This document shows positions 23,776 to 36,600 of a stretch of DNA of 64,000 bases, piece after piece. Position 1 is the first letter of the stretch. The number at the start of each line of letters is the position of its first letter. Under the pieces are notes generated by a model. It worked only from the letters and a program-made list of their open reading frames with translations. It did not search any database and was not told the DNA's origin. Location: the NCBI RefSeq assembly GCF_001194135.2, contig NC_068988.1, forward strand, positions 85,147,437-85,211,436, in the 5' to 3' direction. A program made the translations under genes and the position numbers. This DNA is from Octopus bimaculoides. Taxonomy: Eukaryota.

Positions 23776-26218
23776 TTATTGTTTTACTATCCACATTTAT
23801 ATACTTGTATGGGTTGGATGAAGAGGCATGCATACATAAACACACACACATGCACATATATACTATTGGTTTCTTCCAGTTTCTATCTACCAAATCCACT
23901 TATGAAGCTTTTGTTGGCCTGGGACTATAGTAAAAGCCACTTGTTGAAGGTGCCATGCAGTAAGACTGAACTCAAAAAGACTGAACTACATGGTTGGGAA
24001 GCACGCATTTTAACTATGCAGCCTTAATTTTAGATAAATGCTTATAGACAAACATTTTATGACAACATTTACCAGGAAACTTATGTCATCCCTGCAAAAA
24101 TTTGCTGTTGATAAACCTTGTTATAGTTTTGTTATCACTATTCTTGATAGTTACGATGTGAGGATTGAAATTGTGCCTTCATGACACATTCACACCAATG
24201 CAAAGTAAGCTATGTTTCAACAAGGCCATTCTAGACTGTTATAATTAGTACCAAATTGACAATTCCACACCACTCTCACACAGGCCAATCCCACTGTTAC
24301 AATTAACATCCTACATACATTTGTTAATTAAAGCACCATGTCATTACTAATTTTGCATATAAACACGCTACATTCTTTTTCAGTCAAACTACATAACAGA
24401 GTGTATATCATCAAACTATATCAGTTTCGTGGAAACTGATATAGTTTAATGATGGTAGGAAATATACAGATAAACACATAGACACAATATCACACAACTG
24501 CATACTCTCACGTACACACATATGTGCATACACTCTCACGTACACACATATGTGCATACACTCTCACATTATTGATATACAGACAATGATGATGAAACAA
24601 AACTAACACATACAGTCACACAGAGACTTACATAAAAATTCACTGAAATATTAACCCTTTAGTGATCACATTATTCTGCCATAATTAATGCTTTTTTATC
24701 CACATTGGTTTGAACTAATCAAGCATTATCTCGTAGCTATGAGATTTTGATGAGGTAGCTGTTAATTTTTAAAACCATATTGTAGGGTTGGTGTGAGAGA
24801 CCAGATCTCGCCAGTTTGAACATAGAATAGGCAGAATACTTTTGGCCGGATATAGCCGGTTTAAATGCTAAAGGGTTAATATATATGAGTATATCATATA
24901 TTTGTGTGTATTTGTTAGCATTGTCATCTTCATTTGATGTTGATTTTTCCATGCTTGCACAAGTCAAACAGAATTTCTTAAGACATATTTTCTACGATCA
25001 GATGCCCTTCCTGTCACAAGCCCTCATCTGTTTCTGAACAAGGTAATACTACGATCATGGCCAGACATCTTTTCTCATGGAAGTCTTCAAATGAACATCA
25101 CTTAAATCATAATGACACTCATTTACAACCATCACATGATATCAAGATAAGGGTACACACACACACACACACACGTACAATGGGCTTCTTTCGGTTTCCA
25201 CCTACCAAGTCCACTCACAAGGCTTTGGTTGGCTTTGGGCAATAGTAGAAAACATTTGTCCCAGGTGTTGTGCAGTGGGACTGAACCCAAGACTAGAGGG
25301 ATGGAAGGAAAGCTTCTTAGGTACACAACTATACCTGTGCCTATTTATGTATGCGTGTGTGTATGCCTGTGATATGAGTATTAGGTTGTATGGTACAACT
25401 AGAGCTTTTGTTTCCATATTGTACATCTAAGGATAGTGAGATTGTCCAAATGACCATTCCCTATCTCAAGTTGTACCCATGAGATGTGTTAATTCATCAC
25501 TGCACTGTAAACTAATATGGCAATGATGAATTACACCATCTAGTGCAGGGCTTCTCAACTTGGGGTATTCTAACAATTCTTTGATACAGTTCCTTATAAT
25601 ATTTAATTATAAAAGTATAATGGGATTTTTAAACATCAAATGGCTATGAGGATCCATCTGAGTAAAAATTGGAATCAAAAGGGTCCATAGGCAAAAAATG
25701 GCTGAGAACCAGTGATCTAGTGTTATCTATTTACAACAACATGAACTGGAAGGGAAGTTGTCTTAGCCACTGATAGATGTAATGACTGTGACATAGAAAC
25801 AGTCATCTTCTGAGTTACTTACTTGGTAGACTTGACTACTTCCAATCTCNNNNNNNNNNNNNNNNNNNNNNNNNNNNNNNNNNNNNNNNNNNNNNNNNNN
25901 NNNNNNNNNNNNNNNNNNNNNNNNNNNNNNNNNNNNNNNNNNNNNNNNNAGTCATCTTCTGAGTTACTTACTTGGTAGACTTGACTACTTCCAATCTCAC
26001 ATGGTGATGTAACATGTAAAAGAAAGAGACATTGAAGTGAAGTGCATGTCTAGATGACTAACATCATTTCTTTCTTTAGCTTTATTTCCTGAGTTCGTAT
26101 AGGTGCAAGCATGACCATGCGGTTAAGAAGTTTGCTACTCAACCATGTTGTTTCAGGTTCAGTCCACAGTATAACACTGTGCCTTCTACTATAGACCTAA
26201 CCAGAGTTTTATAATTCC

Positions 26219-26250
<32 letters not shown>

Positions 26251-27293
26251 CATTAAAATACAGAGATGCCTATAATAGGACATCTAACCCGCTAGAAAGA
26301 GCAGCAAAAAACTCTATACCACAAAAATAGGGATAATTTCGAAAGAGAATGAAAAATAAAAACTTTTACCAGCCTATACTCTGTACCATGGTTTCAAGTT
26401 ATTTAGCAAGATAATAATAAATCTTACTTGGGCAACTTTCTTCAGCAGAGTACCACGAACAAGCGAGTAAACACGAGTCATAGGGAAATACGACCCGCGT
26501 TTACACACTTAATTTTTCAAATTATACCGCGCATGTGCGCTTTAACTTATCGGCAGTAAATATNNNNNNNNNNNNNNNNNNNNNNNNNNNNNNNNNNNNN
26601 NNNNNNNNNNNNNNNNNNNNNNNNNNNNNNNNNNNNNNNNNNNNNNNNNNNNNNNNNNNNNNNNNNNNNNNNNNNNNNNNNNNNNNNNNNNNNNNNNNNN
26701 NNNNNNNNNNNNNNNNNNNNNNNNNNNNNNNNNNNNNNNNNNNNNNNNNNNNNNNNNNNNNNNNNNNNNNNNNNNNNNNNNNNNNNNNNNNNNNNNNNNN
26801 NNNNNNNNNNNNNNNNNNNNNNNNNNNNNNNNNNNNNNNNNNNNNNNNNNNNNNNNNNNNNNNNNNNNNNNNNNNNNNNNNNNNNNNNNNNNNNNNNNNN
26901 NNNNNNNNNNNNNNNNNNNNNNNNNNNNNNNNNNNNNNNNNNNNNNNNNNNNNNNNNNNNNNNNNNNNNNNNNNNNNNNNNNNNNNNNNNNNNNNNNNNN
27001 NNNNNNNNNNNNNNNNNNNNNNNNNNNNNNNNNNNNNNNNNNNNNNNNNNNNNNNNNNNNNNNNNNNNNNNNNNNNNNNNNNNNNNNNNNNNNNNNNNNN
27101 NNNNNNNNNNNNNNNNNNNNNNNNNNNNNNNNNNNNNNNNNNNNNNNNNNNNNNNNNNNNNNNNNNNNNNNNNNNNNNNNNNNNNNNNNNNNNNNNNNNN
27201 NNNNNNNNNNNNNNNNNNNNNNNNNNNNNNNNNNNNNNNNNNNNNNNNNNNNNNNNNNNNNNNNNNNNNNNNNNNNNNNNNNNNNNNNNNNNN

Positions 27294-27325
<32 letters not shown>

Positions 27326-30300
27326 TACAAATCAACTGAGTGATCTTAATTTAGTGGGCTCGTGGGGTGCCAGCACCATGTAGTAGTGCTGTGTAAAAGT
27401 GCCTAGTACACTCTGTAAAGTGGTTGGTATTAGGAAGGGCATCCACCAATAGAAAACATGCCAAAACAGACACGGAGTCAGGGCAGCTCTCCAGTTGGCT
27501 AGCTCCTGTCAAACCATCCAACCGATGTTAGCATGGAAAGCAGAAGTTAAATGATGATGATATATAATATATATAAACACACACATATATATATATATAT
27601 GTTTGTATACATGTGTGTTTGTGTCTCCTTGTCTTGGCATTACAGGATAGTTATGAATGAATGCTACTACCATTCAGAGATCCTCATTTCTCGTCTTTTG
27701 TGAAAGCATGTTCACTTATGGGGAAATATTACTTGCTTGGAAATAGGTGAAAGTTGGCAACAGGAAGGGCATCTGGCCATAGGAAATTTACTTCTATGAA
27801 TTTCTTCTGACCCATGCAAGCATGGAAAAGTGGATGTCAAAACGATGACAACGATGATGATGATGAGGTTATCTTGATTAGGTTGACTCTGGTATTGATC
27901 AATATGGTGTTTAATAAAATAAATACCAGCCATATACTGAGGTCGATACCACTGATTGTATTTTCCTCTCCATTTGATCCCAGCTGCCAAAATTGGGAAT
28001 CAACATTATCACTTAAGATATATTCTGCCATGGTCAAATCTGCATCATTACTCTCAGTAAAAACAAAATCATGTACTGGGGTCAATCAACTCTCAACCAA
28101 TAATTATATGTTGGGCTAAAGTTATAAATTAATTAGAAATTAATTTTATCCATCAATCTAAATCCTGCTGGAATTGATTTCACCCAACGTCCTTTCAAGT
28201 TCATGAAATACATCCCAATCATATACTAGAGTAGATTCTATCTTCATCTGTCAAAATCACCACTTTGTGCAAAAGTTACAAACCAATATGGCCTTCCTAA
28301 AGGTAAATCAGAACCTAACCTATAAGCTGAGTGTGTAAAGACATTCATTACCTGTGTATAAGTTTCATTATCAGCCAATTCAGCTGTCTGCTGATTAAAT
28401 ACTGCCTTGAGTTCTTCTACCAGTTGTCGGAGTTGGTTGGTCCTCATCTTTAGCACAGCTTTGTCTTGGAGTAATTTCTACAAGGAATCAAGTAAATAAA
28501 ATACATAAATTAGAAACATCATCATCATTTAACGTCCACGTTGGCATGGGTTGGACGGGTTGACAAGGGACTGCGAAGCAGAAGGCTGCATCAAGCTTCG
28601 CTGTCTGTTTTGGCAGGGGTTTTAAGGTTGGATGCTCTTCTGAACACCAGTAACCTTACAGAGTGGATTGAGTGCTTTTACGTGGCACCAAAACTAGTGA
28701 GGCCTGTTTTGGCATGGTTTTTACATCTGGATGCCCTTCCAAACACCAACCACTTTACAGTGTGGACTAGATGCACCAGCACTGGAAGGCTCACCAAGTA
28801 ACTTGCAAGACAAAGGCCCTTTGAGAGGAGGAGCAGAAGAGGAGGTGGCCTTGTGCCAGATGATGAGAGGTTAGAGTGTGACAGAGGGATAGAAACATGT
28901 TTAAATTTATGAATACACATCTCAGAGTGGTGTTTGTCTAGCAAGCACCTTGATCTGAGGTAGTATATTGAAACTGAAGCAATTCAAATATAATTTACAC
29001 TCTAAATATAGCAAACAGAAAGAGGAGGGTAAAATGATTTAAAAAAATTAAATAAAGAAAGAAAGAAAAGGGAAAAAGAGAGAAAAAGTTTCACTGATGA
29101 CAATAATATATATAATGTTGTAAACAAACAAAAACAGAAAAATGGAAAATGAAAATGACTAATGATGAATGACTGATGATTGATGCCATATGATGAAAGT
29201 CAATTTAAATTAACTTGCTTCTTGTATTATGCTAAGGAAAGTAACTCAAATAGGATTAGAAACAGTTGATAGATATAATAGTGGTAGTGCAAGGGTGCTG
29301 GCAGTCACTTTAGTGTGGATAATAGTGAAAGATATATATATAGAGAAAATTTTGGCACTACATTAAATTTAAAGTGAATTTAATAGCTATGTGTAAATGG
29401 CAAGAATGGCTCTCCCCTGATATAACTGCTATGAACACACATGCATGCACGCACACACACACCTGTATATACTTACATGTACATGCATAAACAATATAAA
29501 CATGCATGACACTTTGAGGATATGTCCTGACCCCTCATCATCATCCTATCACTTCTTACACCATTCAACCCACCTAAATATAATTTAGGGGAGCACTGCA
29601 TCTCCTCCTACACAACTCTTCTCCCTTACCACCACTCTTATCACTGGTTTTTTTCTCACTAATCCCCAGGTGCTACTTTCCCCTCTTTCTTTCCTGTTGC
29701 CCTCTTCCATCTTATCTTTCCTTTATACTTCACGCATCACTCAACTCACCCATGTTTATAATAAGGAATAGCACTGCATCCTCACCTCGACTCTCCCCTC
29801 TGTCCTATCACTCTCTAACTCTTGCTCACTAAATTCCTTGACACTACTTTTTACTTTTACCTCCTATTAGCCTCTCCTCTACTACTGACTCTTAGTCTCT
29901 CCCCTACCACCCTTTCTCAACAATAAACCCAGAAGTTCACAAAGAACTCTCTTGGACCCTGATTAATGGTGTAACTCAAGCTGTTGTGGCAATTAGACTG
30001 ACCTACTCCACCAGTGGGTCCACCTACTCAACCAAACTTCATTAGCACATTGTCTCCATCTCTCTTTCACGTTAATTCCTGACATAACTCCCCGACATCT
30101 CCCATGTCTTCACTACTCCCACCAGAACACTGTTTTCCTGTTATTCTCTGCATTACCATCTCTCACAATAAGAAACACCTTCCATCCATCATGAGGTGCT
30201 CTGTTTCACTTTTCAAGTTGTAAGGCAACCCCGCACCAACAATGCTGGTGCCAAGAAAGGCATCGAGTAAACTTTGTAAGTGATTGGTAACTGATTTTGA

Positions 30301-30562
30301 GCAGTGACAGCACAGGGATTGAGAGGGCTCTTTAAGCTTCTTGATGGCATGGTAATCTCTATAGAGCGGGTGGCATGAAATACTGCACCTGGTGCACACT
30401 GTAAAGTGGTTGCTGTTAGGAAGGGCATCTAGCTGAAAAAATCATGCAAAAAAAAAATGAGACAATGGAGGAAGACATGATCTTCTGACACACTGAATTC
30501 TGTCAAACTATCTTCCTCATACCAACATGGAAAATGGATGTCAAGTGATGATGATGCATAAT

Positions 30563-30634
<72 letters not shown>

Positions 30635-33600
30635 TTTCAGTATGCAAATTAATAGCACAAGTTCTCTGGAACTACAGGATGGATTTGTTGTGTATATAAA
30701 GAGACCTACTGCTTATTTCTCTGGGTTGGTTAAGTGATATAGATATCTCTAATAAGAATCCAATAAAATTTGAAAATTGATCAAGATTATTCACCATTTT
30801 TCTCAATCTACACAGAAGTAATTAAATCTACCATGTCTGTATATTTACTGTGTAGGTTTACACACACACACAGACACATATATATCATCATCATCATTTA
30901 ACATCCATTGTCCATGTTGGCAGGGGATGGACGGTTTGACCAGAGCTGACAAACTGAGGAGCTGCACCAGATTCCAGTGTGATTTGGCATGGTTTCTATG
31001 GCTGGATGCTCTTTCTAATGCCAACCACTTACAGAGCATGCTAGGTGCTTTTACATGGCACTGCACAGGTGCTTTTATGTGGTGCTGCACAGGTATTATT
31101 ACGTGGTGCTACACAGGCGTTTTTATGTGATGCCACACGGGTGCTTTTACTGCACCTTAACGTTCAACTATGTCTTCTACATTTTTCCTTTTGGGCATCA
31201 ACTATCTATCCTCTTTTGTACTGAAGATACTCCTATATGTAACATTATCCTTCACTTCCTCTTTCAACACAGGTGATATGCACATGCAACTTAAACATCT
31301 CATGACAGATCTGCATTGCCTTTATGTGTAGAACAAAGTGTAGCGTACTCTCTAGTGAAATTCCTCACTCCTTTATTATATATATATGCATTCGAATGTA
31401 GCAGATAACAGCTAGCCTTTGGCTGCTATTTGGACCCCATTGTGTCCACTACTCTGATTGGTTGGAATTGGTGCAATTTGTCTCTTACTTTGTCGCACCA
31501 ATTCGCAGCATATAACCAATCGGAGTTCCTAAATAAGATCACGTGAGTCAGCTTGTTCTCAACCCAGTTTGAGCCTATAACTCCTTATAAAAACTCAGCT
31601 ACTCCTCGTCTCGAGGTCTTTGGCCCCAGACCATTTAAGGTCTAGCCACTGACCACACAAGACACAGCCAGTTTCGGTGACAACGCCAGATGACAACACC
31701 TGTCCAACAACATTATGGCAATCTCTGTCTTCGTCACCACCCTCATCTTCTTAACGTCGTCGATATCATCTCTCTATGAACACAGCACAATAAGCAACTT
31801 GGGTGGATGTAAAGAATGCGGACTGCACCCCCTTTCGTTATTTTGTTTTTTTTACAGAATCCCCCATTTTCGAGTATGGAGATTCTGATTCTGCAAAAGA
31901 AATGGCATTTTAAAATTTTAATTCCTCCCTCCCTCCACCCAAGTTCTTTAATTTTCACTTTTTACAGAAATTTTGTTTTAGAATCGTAATCTCCATATTT
32001 CACACACAAAAAAAAATTTCTGGTAAAAGTGAAAATTGAAGAATTTGTGGGGAGGGGAGGTATTAAAATTTTGGAATTCCATATCTTTTGCAGAATCAGA
32101 ATCTCCATACTCGAAAATGGGGGATTCTGTAAAAAAAAACAAAAAAACGAAAGGGGTCCATATTCTTTACGTCTGCTGCAACTTGCACAGATTCTAACAA
32201 CTGCACTGTTTGTGAATTACTTCACCATGGATCAACAGCGAATATACAACCTGTGAGAACTCCTGTACCAAATGACCCAGGCAGCAGCATTACAGCCACA
32301 AATTCATGTATGACACGTACAGCAACCGGCTCCACATCATGGCTGCAACTTCTTGATACAGTATTTCAATTATTGTGTATAATTGACTACAGACTGGCAT
32401 TTCTCATTCTTGTGTCTATGAACATTCGTCTAACTTCTCATTATAAACTCTGTCGCTGTCTTCTTACTGCTATTCTTATATGTACTTAACGCATACGCAT
32501 ACATCTATGCCTATACACACATACACTTTGTTCTCATGACGGCCTGTCTATTATTCTGTATATATGATGCACACACAGTCACACATGTTAACATATCAAT
32601 AAATTTCCTCTTAAAAATTCTACTCAGTTGCGTCTCACTCTTTTTCCCACTGGCACATTATATGTATTATTCAATTTCTTTTTGTTGTATCAACCGTGTG
32701 ATGTGCTAAAGACTAATTCTCGTCACCTCACATTTCACGGCCCCTTACAAAAGACTCAGAAATATCTTTCACCAGAGATATCCCAACCTTGTCTCAACCA
32801 CTCCAAGGAACACTGACAACACATATCAAGGAAACAGACTCCCCCAACACAACAACAAAAAACATCAGACCTCCCTCACAACAGTGAAACCATGTATTGA
32901 ACACTATCAAAACTGACTCATAAGATTAAGTTTCATCTTCGCTTCTGTTTGATGTTCACCTTCCATGCTGGTATGGGTTGGATAGGGCCAGAAAATACTT
33001 CAGCCCTCATCAATTGATGACCAGCTAACAAATATCAATGAAAGACCCACATTAGAGTACTTTTGACTAGGACAATACTTTTGATACACACATAAACAGT
33101 GTAGGCCCATGATATAGAACTGTTCACATATCTGGAATAGTGCAGCTGTTGCACACACAAACAACCTACACCCACATTACAGTACTGCTGTTACACACAC
33201 ATACAACAAACCTAGACCTGTATTACAGTACTACTCAAATATCTGAGGCAGTGCAGCTCCTCTGCAAATATCCAACATCATATCCAAAAGAAAGCTGTTC
33301 AGCTGACCGGCAAAAGCTTACTGACCAATACACTACGTTTCTGAACTATTTACAAAATGTAACCTAATTAACCAATGGCACCTAACACATCCACTTTTCC
33401 TCCACTCTTAGCGGTACAAATAAACATATAAAAACAGACAAATACACTGCAGAAAGTATGTGTACAGAAACACACAGATACATACGGTAACATACACAGA
33501 CACAGACAAACACATATGCACACATCAGACACAGACAAGTACAAACACATATGCACTAATGCATACAGTAACACATAAACACATGCACAAACACACACAA

Positions 33601-36600
33601 ATGCATGTGCGCTCATACACATACACACACACAACTGCAGGAAGTTCAATAAAAGAAGACTCACTTGTTTTCTACATTCAGATTTGTCTTTCAAACCCCT
33701 CATATCTCGATATGTCATAAGTTCATCAGCCATTTTAGCAATTTTCTCTTTCAAAATAGAAATTTCTCGATGAGTTTTACTCTCAAGTAGTTCTACTTTC
33801 TGAAGATCTTCTTGAAGTTTCTGATTTTCTGGAAATATTCCAAGATTAAAATTAGAATTTCAAGGGAAAAAGTTTACCTGTTATGGCTTTTTACACAAGT
33901 TATTTAAAACACTTTTGATAACAACCTGCTTGCGACTGCTCCTGGTCTATGATATAAACGTCCTGTTTTAAAGTGATCTAAATTCAAACTTTCCATCAAA
34001 ATTTCATGTTACTTTATTCTACACATCAGCTTTATAATAAGAAAATTATTTTACTAAATTCATCATTATCTTCAAAATTAATCAAAACAAGGACAGAGTA
34101 TCTCAACAGAAATATGGTAAGGAAAGAATCAACAAGTTATGCACAAATAAACTACCCTTCTCAAACACGATAAACACATAAGAGATTTTGGCTCCTTCTC
34201 ACTAAAGGACTTTAAGACAATCAACTAATTATATAGAATACAAGCAAATAAGTTTTGGTTTTCAACTTTGAATCAAGATCTTGCAACAGTATTAACCAAG
34301 TTATATTTCCACAGGGAATATTCAAGAACTCACAGCAGTGTAAGCCATGCTATATTCCCTGTGGAATATATGGTAAAGTTGACTGAATCATTCTCTAGAA
34401 TATTATTGGTACTGACGACAACTGATCCCTGGAGTGATTTGATCCCAGATAGTGAACAAATGAACAAACATATATGCATACATGCATATGTACATACAAC
34501 ACACACACACACACACACACTTACCTATATATATTACATACATATATACATGAGATTCATACACACATAAATATACATACATGCATACATATATACACAC
34601 ATTCATACTCTAACCTGATTCTAAATTCACATTTATACCAATAATTATTGGGACGTTTGGTTATGTTAGTAAATGTATAAGTGATAATCTGGCAAAAGCT
34701 AAGATTCTCAGTCACATGAAATAGACTGGTTAACATGCAATTTACAGATACTGTCTATAAGTGGAACAATAAAGATTTGCAAGTTTTTTCTGAAGTTTAA
34801 TAGGTAACACTTATAGTTGTTGTAATCCAGTGATAGAGCCTTATTTCTTTGTTATGAACCAGCTTCTTCCTCATAGAAAGAATTTTGACAAAAAAAAAAA
34901 AAAANNNNNNNNNNAAAAAAAAAAAAAAAAAGGTACACAAACACGCACACTTACTACACACAAATGGAAAAAGCTCCCACATAAGAAGAAGTATTTGAGA
35001 GATGAAGGTGGAAGTGGGTGGCTGTATTTCAGGTGTTGAAAGGCTGAAGTGTGATAGAGAGACAAGCACAAGTCTCTTGCTATAGAGGAGATACATGGCT
35101 GAAGGAGATAAGAGGAAAGTGGCAAAGGGTCTAGAGCAAACTCTTAAGGAATATACATATCAATTAGTAATATTTAAATGTCAAAAACTAATGTACTATA
35201 TTGGTTTCAAATTTTACACAAGGCCAGCAATTTCATAGAAGAGTGTGAGTTGATTATATCAACCCCAGTACCCAACTGGTACTTATTTTATCAACCCTGA
35301 AAGTATGAAATTGAACTTTAGCCAGCCCACTTATGTGTACCTTTCCTTCATTGGACACAAAACTCCACTTGTGAAGACCTGTTGAGGCAAGTGAAATCGG
35401 AATCGAAATCGAACTAAATTCGACGACTGGCACCCATGCCAACATCGCCTCCTTCATTGGACACGAAACTCGGCTTGTGAAGACCTGTTGGGGCAAGCGA
35501 AAGCGAAATCGTGATGGCACCTGTGCTCAGCGTCGCCTTCCTGGCACTTGTGCTGGTGGCATGTGTAAAGACATTCGAGCAAGATCGTGCCAGTGCCGCT
35601 GGATTGGCTCCTGTGCAGGTGGCACGTAAAATACACCATTTTGAGCATGGCCGTTGCCAGTACCACCTGACTGGCCTTCGTGCCGGTGGCACGTAAAAGC
35701 ACTCACTACACTCTCGGAGTGGTTGGCGTTAGGAAGGGCATGCAGCTGTAGAAACTCTGCCAAATCAGATTGGAGCCTGGTGTAACCATCCGGTTCACCA
35801 GTCCTCAGTCAAATCGTCCAACCCATTCTAACATAGAAAGCAGAGGTTAAACGATGATGATGATGATGATGATGAACATATAGCAGGACAAAATGCTGCT
35901 AAGCATTTTGTCTGGTTTGCTAATGGTTTTGTTAGCTCACCACCTTATGTATTATATTGGCTAGTATAATTAAGCATCAAATTTATTGGCTAACATACTA
36001 CAGACTCATCAGATACACTGAATGGTCAATAACACAATATAATACATGTACTAAGTTTGAGTTAGCACAGTTCTATCACTTACTAATTAATTGTGATTGA
36101 TGATTCTCTTATTATTTATATATAATGAAATTATTGTATACAGTGCTCAGGTGCACTACAACTTGTCAAAAGTGCATATAAAGCATATGCAGTATTGGAC
36201 AAATGTCTGGAAAGTGAATAGTGTATGAGTCAGATACATGCTTGCGTGTGTATGGAGGGGAGAAAATCAGGTGTAGCGTTGGCGAATCTCAGAAAGTATG
36301 GAAGTTTTGAAGGATGCAGTGCTCCGACAACTAACAATTGATGCTGGCAGTTTGTTCCATACTTCAGCAACTCTCAGCGTGAAGAAATGTTTCCGAAAGT
36401 TATGGGAGCTGTGCTGTTTTCTGACTTTGTAAACATGTCCACAGGTGTTAGACACGTGGAATTTGAAAAGGTGCTCAGAGTTATTGTTAGCAAGATGGTT
36501 AATAATTTTATGGGCGTCTGCCAAGTCAGCTGCCAGACGTCGGAGTTTCAATGTATCCATGCCCTAATGATTCAAAAACAGCCAGTTACCAATGTTTATG

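Noticed and set aside
25801-25997. 48-bp duplication either side of a gap, including the candidate exon donor
   Set aside because: Contig-overlap artefact, not exon duplication
7253-28351. A nested LRRC19-like gene, as in vertebrate IFT74 introns
   Set aside because: No leucine-rich-repeat coding sequence seen on either strand
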